A stretch of 64,000 nucleotides of DNA from a virus. This document shows, piece after piece, positions 53,374-62,200 of this stretch; position 1 is the first letter of the stretch, and every line of letters begins with the position of its first letter. Below the pieces are notes generated by a model, which was not told the DNA's origin, made no database searches, and was given only the letters and a program-made list of their open reading frames with translations. The position numbers and the translations under genes are program-made. The DNA is taken from the IMG/VR virus record IMGVR_UViG_3300013117_000371; one strand, given 5' to 3'.

Positions 53374-54313
53374 GTGCCTCTACCCTCCTGCGCAGCTTCT
53401 GCCGGTACCGGGAGACCTGGGAAGACGAAATCCCCAACCGCTGCGCTATGGCCGTGTTCTTGGCGTTTGGGTTTTTGTCCAGAAAGCGGTACACTGCCAG
53501 TTCGGTCCCTGTCAATTCCGGGGGCAGGAGGGACCAAACCTCCTTGACTCGGCTAGCCCGAGTCCCGTGTGGTACCTCTTCCTTGGTCTGCATATGGACA
53601 GGCTTCACCTCCTTTTGGAGGAGGACCACATCCGTCTCCTTCACACGAGCTTGGCTGGCTATTTCTGCCGTTGTCGGCGCCCGCCCCAACCGATTCTCAA
53701 GCACCCGCTCGGCTCTCCGAACTTTGCCTACTTGCTGGAGGCGTTGCTCCGGGACCCGCACCGGGGTAGCTCGCCGCAGCAGGGGGCGATGCGCTCCCTT
53801 GAGGGAGCCAACCACGAAAGTGGAAGCCCGCACTCCCCGACTGGGGTCGTACTTACGCAACGCTTTCAGTCCTGCCTTCATGAACTCGGCCTGGGGGATA
53901 ACGGGCCCCCCTCTACTGGCGAAGTCCTGCGCCCTGCCGGCGACGACCTTACGCAGCTCGGCAATTACCGGGGGGAGGTAGCGCTTGTTGTGCTTCTTCT
54001 GTTGCCAGTTTGTGGTAGCCACAGTCAAAGGGTCCAAGGCCGCCGCCACCTTCTCCAAGGAGTCCTGAAAGCCAATCAGGACCGGGTCCACTAATTGGCC
54101 GCGTTCGCCGTCCCCGGCGATGACGAAGAGGGGTGTTTCCTGGTGCAGTGCCTGGAACCTGGCCAACTTCTGGAGTTCCTCACCCGCAACTGCGCAAGGA
54201 ACTTCCCCCACTACTCTACCGTACCGGGTGTGCGCTACCATCAGGGTGGGGGAATCGCTCTCCTCGTCCCGTACACGGACTATGAACACTTGGCGCTTCT
54301 TCCTAACTCCCAT
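53360..54313 (-). CDS. Sigma70-family (FliA/SigF-like) RNA polymerase sigma factor-like protein
   Basis: Region 2 GLKALRKYDPSRGVRASTF, region 3 LENRLGRAPTTAEIA, region 4 HTH IAQRLGISSSQVSRYR; SD AGGAGG. Confidence 0.8.
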   Translation of the reverse strand: MGVRKKRQVFIVRVRDEESDSPTLMVAHTRYGRVVGEVPCAVAGEELQKLARFQALHQETPLFVIAGDGERGQLVDPVLIGFQDSLEKVAAALDPLTVATTNWQQKKHNKRYLPPVIAELRKVVAGRAQDFASRGGPVIPQAEFMKAGLKALRKYDPSRGVRASTFVVGSLKGAHRPLLRRATPVRVPEQRLQQVGKVRRAERVLENRLGRAPTTAEIASQARVKETDVVLLQKEVKPVHMQTKEEVPHGTRASRVKEVWSLLPPELTGTELAVYRFLDKNPNAKNTAIAQRLGISSSQVSRYRQKLRRRVEAHAKP

Positions 54314-54322
54314 GGCTTCCTC

Positions 54323-57300
54323 CTATCCGGTCAGGGCGCCTGTGTCGTCGCCCGTAGCGTGCAGGTCCTCTGCATCCACAGCAAACAAGTAGTTGTAGTG
54401 CTCCCTGGCGTGCGGTACATTCTCCACCATCCGCTTGATCGCTGTGAAGACCCGTGCCGCCCGAGGACCGCGGGGGTCAATGTCGCTGGTGTTGATCGTA
54501 GTCACCCCTTCAGGAATGAACACCTCCTCCTCCAATTGAAGCACACCGCCCAGCGCCGTCTCGTTAAGAGCAGCGTTGACCGCCGCTGCTACGGCGCTCT
54601 TCTTGAACTTCCCGGTTATCCAGGAGTCCTCCTCAAGGGGGGAGTGTAGCACGTATGCGCTTGGGACGAAATTCACTTGCTCCGGGGGCTTGATTATCGC
54701 CCGACGTTCCAAAGTAGGATTACGTAAGGCTTCGTCTTGCGCCATGAAGAAGGTCAAGATAATATCCATCTGTGAGTAGTCGGCCACGGCTTCGGCGCCC
54801 AGCCTCCTCGCTACTACATCGTACATGCTGTCCACGCCCCACAGGGGCTGGTACACCCTCTCCCCGATGGAGTCGTTGTTGTACATCGGGTCCAACCAAG
54901 GCGGCCGGCACAGCTGGTCCAGGGACATCTGGTGCTCACTCTGGGACACAGGAGAACCCGTGGGGGTGTCCATCAACGCCACCACTTCCTCAACATTCGT
55001 CCTGAACAGGGCTGTTTGGGTCTCGTAAATGCGCTTCCTAAGGTCGGCGGCCCGTTCCAGCGACGAAGCGGCAGCAGCTTGCTCACGGGCGCCTTCTTCC
55101 GCACTGGTGCCGAAAATATCTATGCTGTACTTCTTCTTTATTTGGCTCAGCGGCCCCCCCTCAGGGTCGCCCCCCGTCCCAGCAACGCTGATCTCAGTCA
55201 GGGCTTCTTGCGCCCGGACCGTGGCTGTCCCAGCTACTTGCGCCTGGTGCGCTTTGTTCCCCAAGGCAACCAATCGATCTTTCTTTTTTCTGTCCGTCTC
55301 TACCGCAGCTTTGGCTGTGGCCTCAGCATAAATGTCCTGAAGGACCGACAACGTCTCTTGCTGCGTATCGGGAGCCAACACCGTTCCTTTCTCAATGGAC
55401 GCCACCAGCTTGTTACGACTCCCCCGCCACTTCGCCGCAGCAGAGGCGTACGGGTCCCGCTTGTACATCCTCAGGTAGACCCCGATGTCCCGCCACTCCT
55501 CGTATGAGCGTACGTGTGTCACGTGCGTGGTCATCCCTATTGTCTTGGGGGTGATTGCCAAGTCAATCTGCCTAATCTGCCCCACTACCAAGGAGTTGGT
55601 GACCTTGTCGTCGCTGACTGTGTTGCGGATTTCAATAGCCACCGGCAGTCCAGCAATGAAGCGGGGATAGAAGTCCCCCACCAAGGAAGCAGTGCGGATG
55701 CCGAAGTACTGAGTCATGAACGAGGCATGGGCCACTCGTTGGAGGAAGGGGAAGCCTCGAGAGAGGGGGGACTTATCCAACAACTCCTGCAAATCCGGGG
55801 GGGCACCCAATCCGATACCTTCATACTTATCGTTCGTCGAAGTTCCGCTGCTGGCTTCGAACTCAGCCAACCCCAACGCCTGGGTAATGGGCAAAGCCAC
55901 CGGCTGCGGGCCCATGAAAATCTCATGGGGGAGTAAAGTGTACTTCCCCTTCAAGGTATCCTCGAGAATTCTCTTGCCCTGGTTGCCTTGAAGGTTGGGA
56001 GCCACCACCATGGTTTTCCCCTGGGAGCGGATGTACACTCCTTCAAACCCCACCTTCGGGCCGATGAGGAGCAACCGGGTAGGCTCGGCAGAGTAGTTCC
56101 TCCCGGAGGTAAACGAGGTGTACATGGACTCCATGAACAGATTGCACGCCGGAGGGATTCCGAACCACAAGTCGGGGAGGAGGATCTCCTCGTGGTACCT
56201 GTCAACGAGCTCCACTGTCCTTTTGAACGTCCCGGAGGGGGCGCCATGCCCAATGAACGACAGCCACTTCTTGAGGTCGGCAATGGCCTTCTTGACCCGC
56301 CCCAGGGTTAAGTTCCATGCCGCTCGGTTGTCCTTTGCGAAAAGCACCTTGTCCGTACCCGAATAAGGCAGGGACTCATTCCACCTATGCAGGTCAGTAA
56401 CGACGTGGGACAAGCTGCTCCTGACTTCCGCCGTCAGCGAGTGCAACCGGTCTGTTTGGGACTTCCGTTGGGCCTTCAACTTGGCGTCGTAGGTCTCCCC
56501 CGCCGGCGTCGTGGGATTTAACGCTACCATCCCGGAGAGGTACTGAGCAGTCAAGGTGTGGAGGGCGGTGTAAAGGAACACCTGTATGTCTGAAACTGTG
56601 GACATCTTCCCGCTGAGGTCCCACGCCAGGAAGATGTCGTGGGCCCTCTGCTTGATCATTTCCTTGCGTAAGGCCTCAAGGAAAGCCACGAAGTCCTGGT
56701 ACTTCTGGAGGCCCTTCAGTCCTTTGTAGGCAGTTACGGTCTTTTGGACCTCACGAGCGGGGGTATACTTTGAGGCGCAGGAGACCACTGATTGGTAATG
56801 GAGCCGCCGCAACAACGCCTGCTTGAGGGCGGCGTACGACAACGGCTGCTCCCCCCGAAACCCTTTCAGAAGTTTCTTCAAGAACTTCTTGGTGGACGGT
56901 AGGCGCATCAGCCTCTCTATTGTAGTGTCTCCTTCCGGAGCCACAATGCGCTGAAGTAAGTTCAACCGGTACTCAGCCATGCCGATGAAGTTGTCCATAG
57001 GTCGCAGGCGCTTTTTCCCCTTCTGGATGCCGGTGAACAACTCCATCAAGTGGATGAGGCCGCCCAACACCCCGTCCAAGTTTTGCGTAATCGGCCGGGT
57101 GAACAGCGCCTGCTGCACCGTCTCGTACTCGGGGATGGTGATGCCTCCGGAGAACGAGGCATACTTCTCCCCGACCTTGGTAGCAGTTTGTTTGAGCTCT
57201 GTGTCGTTCTCCTCCCGGTAGTCCCGGGACCGCTGAGAGAGGATATTCAGTAGCATCTTGGCCTGGTAGGACTGAGACGACGCACAACTGAGCACGGAAG

Positions 57301-57571
57301 AGCCTGCCCCCTGCGTGGCGTAGAACCGGTAGCCCATCATCTCCCCTTCGAAGGCCACAATGCCGTCCGGGTATTCCAGGGAGTCGTAGTAGTACAGCTG
57401 AATGTACGACCGGCCCAGGAAGCGGGGGTCTCCCCCAGTCACCAACTGGATCTGCATGGCCAAGGGGGCGCCAGTGGCGGTGGCGTATACCCCTCGGGCT
57501 GAGACCATGGGGAACTCCACGCCCTCTACAAAACATTTGACTTCTTGCCGTTTTGCTGCATGCAGTGCCAT
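54323..57571 (-). CDS. Baseplate hub / tail protein (gp27-like), ~1082 aa
   Basis: True start probably ATG 57571 (SD AGGGG; MALHAAKRQEVKCFVEG); F.G......PDLWF..PP.CN, G.FYPRF.AG.P motifs; position after the tape measure gene. Confidence 0.65.
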   Translation of the reverse strand: MALHAAKRQEVKCFVEGVEFPMVSARGVYATATGAPLAMQIQLVTGGDPRFLGRSYIQLYYYDSLEYPDGIVAFEGEMMGYRFYATQGAGSSVLSCASSQSYQAKMLLNILSQRSRDYREENDTELKQTATKVGEKYASFSGGITIPEYETVQQALFTRPITQNLDGVLGGLIHLMELFTGIQKGKKRLRPMDNFIGMAEYRLNLLQRIVAPEGDTTIERLMRLPSTKKFLKKLLKGFRGEQPLSYAALKQALLRRLHYQSVVSCASKYTPAREVQKTVTAYKGLKGLQKYQDFVAFLEALRKEMIKQRAHDIFLAWDLSGKMSTVSDIQVFLYTALHTLTAQYLSGMVALNPTTPAGETYDAKLKAQRKSQTDRLHSLTAEVRSSLSHVVTDLHRWNESLPYSGTDKVLFAKDNRAAWNLTLGRVKKAIADLKKWLSFIGHGAPSGTFKRTVELVDRYHEEILLPDLWFGIPPACNLFMESMYTSFTSGRNYSAEPTRLLLIGPKVGFEGVYIRSQGKTMVVAPNLQGNQGKRILEDTLKGKYTLLPHEIFMGPQPVALPITQALGLAEFEASSGTSTNDKYEGIGLGAPPDLQELLDKSPLSRGFPFLQRVAHASFMTQYFGIRTASLVGDFYPRFIAGLPVAIEIRNTVSDDKVTNSLVVGQIRQIDLAITPKTIGMTTHVTHVRSYEEWRDIGVYLRMYKRDPYASAAAKWRGSRNKLVASIEKGTVLAPDTQQETLSVLQDIYAEATAKAAVETDRKKKDRLVALGNKAHQAQVAGTATVRAQEALTEISVAGTGGDPEGGPLSQIKKKYSIDIFGTSAEEGAREQAAAASSLERAADLRKRIYETQTALFRTNVEEVVALMDTPTGSPVSQSEHQMSLDQLCRPPWLDPMYNNDSIGERVYQPLWGVDSMYDVVARRLGAEAVADYSQMDIILTFFMAQDEALRNPTLERRAIIKPPEQVNFVPSAYVLHSPLEEDSWITGKFKKSAVAAAVNAALNETALGGVLQLEEEVFIPEGVTTINTSDIDPRGPRAARVFTAIKRMVENVPHAREHYNYLFAVDAEDLHATGDDTGALTG

Positions 57572-57578
57572 CTTTCCC

Positions 57579-59045
57579 CTACGCAGGAGCTGACGGAGTG
57601 TTCTGAGTTGCTCCCCAAGCCGGGCCGGAAGCCCCACTGGTGCTCGCTTGGGTAGTGCTGGCCCCACTCCCCCACCCAGCGGCGGTCTTGTTTTTCCGCT
57701 TCGCCCCGTAGTACTGCCGTTGGCTCCAGGCCCCCATGCCGATAGTGGCCCCACCCCATGACTTCACCGCCTTCCCTGACATCAACTTGTTGTCCAGTGT
57801 CACCGCAGAGGTACTTTGAAGCACGTTCTGCGACATGCCCGTGAAGGTGTAAAGGGCAGTCCCCCAGTCCTCTCGGAACAAACTGGTCACCATTTTCTTG
57901 GCCATGCCGTTTTCCAGCATGGCATTCACCATGCCCGAAAAGGGCGTGCCCTGCGCCCCTGAGAGCAGCCCAGCCTCGAGCGCCCCGGACCCCAGATTGC
58001 CTAATGCCGAAGCGATGACTCCCCCGTCCCCACTGGCAAGGGCTTGCACGAGCACCATGGCTTTCTGTGGGTCCGCAACGTAGTCCTTGATGCCCTTCCA
58101 GAACTTCTTCAAGAAGGTCTCCTCTTCCGCCTTTTTCAAGTCCTTGTCGTCTTGAACCCACCCCACGTAGTTCCGCCAGTAAGCTCGGTATTCCGGTGGG
58201 AGATCCTTTTGCACCTCCGCCGAGGTCAGGTACCTGGTTGTGAACTGGCGAAAGTCGGCGTCCACGTAGTAGGACTCGGTCAAGTTCAGCTGGCTGATGT
58301 TCTGCTCGTACATCACTGCGGCATGGTAGAACTGCAAACACAGGAATTGGAACGTGAGTGAGGGGCCCCCCTCCATTTCTATGGTTTTCTGGATCGAGTC
58401 CGAGATGATGTAACCCACGTAGATCAACCCGTCCACGCGAATCTCGAGAATTTTGCTGTTGGCTGCCAACCATCGGGGATTGAGGTACCGCCCGTTCCGG
58501 TAGTTGTTCCAAGCCTTCTCCCACTCGAAGTCCAAGGCATTGAGAATTTTGCAGGAGAAGGCCACCATGATGGGTGCTGAAGAACGGAAATTGGCGAAGA
58601 CGTTGGCTGGGAAGGTTGAGTACACCTCGTGCAGGTCTGTTCGTTGGTACGCGATCCCCTGTACGGAGAAGTCCCGGGAGAGGAACTCTCGTTCGAACTT
58701 CCCGTCCGTGGCAAACATACTCCGTATGTAGATGGCCGCTATATCCTGCACGGGGCGGATACGGGTGCCGTACCGGGGTCGGATATACAGCGACGACTGT
58801 GAAAACGGGGAGGTGATCCCCATGTTCTTCCGGGAGGCCCCGTCGCCTCCATATTGAGAAATTGCGGCTGCTCCTTTGGCTTTAGCGGCGCCGGGCTTGG
58901 GAACTACATCCCCGGTGAGCTTGGCGCCCACCGGCCCTCGCCCCAACCCCCCGTACCGGGGACCCTGAAAAGAGGCAGCGTCCGCATCAGTCTGCACTGA
59001 GGACTCGTACATCGTTACGCCGTAGTCCAGCTTCTTCAGGGCCAT
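57579..59045 (-). CDS. Tail-tube initiator/baseplate-associated protein (488 aa)
   Basis: FS..I.N..DF.W...W..Y...LEIRVDG..Y.GYI....FQF tube-fold-like pattern; lies between tape measure and hub genes. Confidence 0.55.
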   Translation of the reverse strand: MALKKLDYGVTMYESSVQTDADAASFQGPRYGGLGRGPVGAKLTGDVVPKPGAAKAKGAAAISQYGGDGASRKNMGITSPFSQSSLYIRPRYGTRIRPVQDIAAIYIRSMFATDGKFEREFLSRDFSVQGIAYQRTDLHEVYSTFPANVFANFRSSAPIMVAFSCKILNALDFEWEKAWNNYRNGRYLNPRWLAANSKILEIRVDGLIYVGYIISDSIQKTIEMEGGPSLTFQFLCLQFYHAAVMYEQNISQLNLTESYYVDADFRQFTTRYLTSAEVQKDLPPEYRAYWRNYVGWVQDDKDLKKAEEETFLKKFWKGIKDYVADPQKAMVLVQALASGDGGVIASALGNLGSGALEAGLLSGAQGTPFSGMVNAMLENGMAKKMVTSLFREDWGTALYTFTGMSQNVLQSTSAVTLDNKLMSGKAVKSWGGATIGMGAWSQRQYYGAKRKNKTAAGWGSGASTTQASTSGASGPAWGATQNTPSAPA

Positions 59046-59047
59046 AT

Positions 59048-59254
59048 TCAGTACTCCATCATCACTTCCCAGGTTGCCTCTTCCAGTAGAGGATACCCGA
59101 TTTCACCTGTTCTTCGCTCAAAGATGACAGCCTTCATCAGGAGGGTAAGAAAATCTTCCGGTTCCATGTAGGCCTTGTCGGTGAACGTCATCGTCACCCC
59201 GAAATTTTGCAGGGCGAAAGAGCTGGGAGCACCGGCTGTGTTCATCACCTGCAT
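59048..59254 (-). CDS. Hypothetical protein (68 aa)
   Basis: TGATG coupling to the tape measure stop. Confidence 0.65.
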   Translation of the reverse strand: MQVMNTAGAPSSFALQNFGVTMTFTDKAYMEPEDFLTLLMKAVIFERRTGEIGYPLLEEATWEVMMEY

Positions 59255-62200
59255 CAGTGGCCGGCCCCCTCTGCGTCTTGGTTGTCTTTACTGGGAGCTC
59301 CCCCCAAAGAGATGTGGAGACCCCCGCCTCTGCCCCCCGCCTTCAACGCTGCGGCCAACTCCTTCCCCAGCGATTCCATCCCCGCCTGGGACATGGTGAA
59401 TTGAGCAGTCCCGTCCTTGAAGAGGTCGATGAGCTTCCCCTTCTCAGCTTCGGAGCTCTCCAACATAGCAATCAACTTGCCGAGGTCCCCCACTTCCCCC
59501 TGCTCTCCGGCCACCCCCGCACCCATGGGGTGCCGAGTGAACTTGCGCAAGGCGGCCGCCACCGAACGAGCCTGCTTGCGCTGCTCATCGCTGGTCTTGG
59601 CCCCCATGGCCTTGATCATCATCCCGGCAATTTCGTGGGCCTTTGTAAGGCCCTCTCCGCGGGACCCCTCGAAGCGGTATGACTTCTGTAACTCCTCAGC
59701 GATCTTCGCCTGGACCGTCCAAAGCCTCCCTCCGCCCTTCATGACGTCCCGTTCCCACTTCTTGAGGTCACCCCATACAGCCATACCGGCCATCCCCTCA
59801 AACCTCTCCAGCACGGCCTTTGGTTTCCGTCGCCGAGTCCACCCGGTCTCAATGGCGAGCATCTGGTTGGTGTACCTCCCAAACTGAGCACTGAGCAGGG
59901 GGTCGGACGCGAAGATCCGGGAGAGCTCCTCCAACTCCGACGCTCCCGCTTGGTCAATTTGCGCCAGGACGTCCTGGGACAAGCTCTTCGTCAGGGCCTC
60001 TTTTCCCGCGCTGAGAGCAGCGGGGAACTCATCTATGTACTTCTCCAGGGCGCCCCGGATGTTCCCGGCCGGGAGGATGTATCGCAGCTGATCCCTCATC
60101 TTATTTTTCTTCCACCTCTCCTTGATGGTCCCTGCCTGCTCATACCAGCGGTCTTCCACCTTGTAGTACTCAGCGACCTTCCCCAGTTCGGCCAGCCCGT
60201 GCAATCGCGAAGCTCTCAGGCCGGCAGTTCCCCGAACCATGCCCCCGTACTGGGGGTCCCCCTCGAACAGGGGGCTCATCACCCCCCGGGTGACCTCTTT
60301 AGTAGTGTACATCGCCATCTCTTTCATCATTGCCCGATAGGTGCGGTCGTCCACCGGCTTCCCAGCTACTTCGGCCCCCTTCATCCGCATGATCTCGTCA
60401 CCCAGGGCCGACAGTTTACGCCGGAACCCGGAACGGGAGATAGCCAACGGGTCCCACGCCTTTTTGATTTGCTGCTCCAGGGCATGCTCGCCAACACTGC
60501 CTCGGCTCCCCCGACGGGCTTTGCTGGGGTCGACAACGAGAGACATTTCCTGCAACATCCCCCGAGCGAGGGCCTCCCGGGTGAATCCCCGGGCACCCAC
60601 TATCTCTTCAGCAGTTATCCCTTCCGGGGCTCCCAGCTTGCGCATCGTGGCGTGGTAGGTGTCGGCTTTGGTGGGGGGAGCGCCGGTCCCACGCCTGAAG
60701 CCCTGCCCGAACTGAGCGGCCGCATGTCCCTTAAGGCTCTGCGCCCATCTAGGCAAGTCCGGAATGTCCGTGAGGTCCTGGGCGGGGGCGTACCCCGAGG
60801 GGGCCTGTAGCTTGCCTCCGGAGAGGAGTTCCAGCTTCTCAAAAGCCTCCCAGTGCGCTGCTTTCCAGTCGGGGGTGCCTGCCAACGTCTGTGCTAACTT
60901 GATCATCTGAGGAGACCCTTCCAAGTACCCCTTCATTCGAGACATTGCGCCCGCATTGCCCGCTCGAGCGTCGACCAGGAACTGCTTGATGACGTCATGA
61001 TCACTGCGAGACATAGCGATGTCCTGGTACAGTATCACCTCAGCGGAAGAATGGTATACATCCACACCCAAATCTCGCGAAGTACGGGCCAGTTCTTGGT
61101 CGCTGACCCGTCGGTGAGATATGGCAACTTCCTGATCAACCGCTGCCGTTCTTGCTGCAACTCCGGCCTCCTTGGTGAATCCCCCCAACCACCACGGCGG
61201 CTTCCCCGCTGTAGCGGGGGGCGCTATGGTGCCCATTCCCCGCACTGCGTTCTTGACTTTCTGGAATGAGTCGTCGTCGTCAGAGAAAGCGTAGTAGGTT
61301 TCGCCTCCTACCGCGAACTTCTGCATTCCCTCCATCTCCCCCGGGCGTGCTATGTCCAAACCCTGCATAAGCGTTTCCCTGAAATCCTGCCCCCCTATCA
61401 ACTCGCCGGGGGACAACAACGCCGAGTAGGCAGCCATCTTGGCATAGTCGGTAAACCCGGCCCGCCGCAATCCCACCTTTCTCCCGGATAGGTTGAACTG
61501 GCCCAAGAAGCCCGAAACATCTTCGTCCGCCTGCCTGAGGTTATACCCAGTCCTTGACATTTGGGCGATGACCGCCTCCATTCCGGACCTGGAGCCGAGG
61601 GCCTCCTCAAATGCAGCGTGCCGCTGGTGGTAGGCGTACAGATCCGCAGCCGTCGTGAGCCCCACGGCGGCGACGCCTCCCCACTTGAGCAACCCCCGCC
61701 CAAGGGCCATAGCTCCGCCACCTACTCCCATCCCCGCCTTCCCCATGCCGAGGCCCATCTTCCCGACGTCCAATGCCGTACCCACTACGGGGAGCTTCCC
61801 CGCCCCCCTGAGCACTGCCCTACCCCCTCGGTACGCCCCAGTCCCCTTTGCCCACTTCCCGACTTCTCCCATCCCACCACGAAGGCTGGCCCCGATACCG
61901 CCTCCTCCGTACCTGGAGCCTTGCAGGAAGGGGGCCAAAATTCCCCGCTCGCCCGCCAACCCTCGGAAGGCCCATTGCCCACCTTTAGCTGCCCGAGCGC
62001 CTCCGCCCATGAACCGACCGCCTTTGAAGTAACGCATGGGCGTAAGCCCCCGACCGACAACTGCCCCTGCCCGCCCAAAGGCGCCCCGTACCGCCCTCCC
62101 GTACACAGGATGAGCCCCTAGTGCCCCCACTCGCCCCAACCCCGACCCGGCCCACTCTCCCACGTCCCCCCCGACCGCGCCCCCGGCAAAGCCCCCAATA

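Noticed and set aside
57572-57754. 61-aa N-terminal extension of the hub protein in the ORF track, and alternative-frame ORF 57526..58524
   Set aside because: Both overlap 57579..59045 and are low-complexity; ATG 57571 has an SD and gives a compact gene junction.
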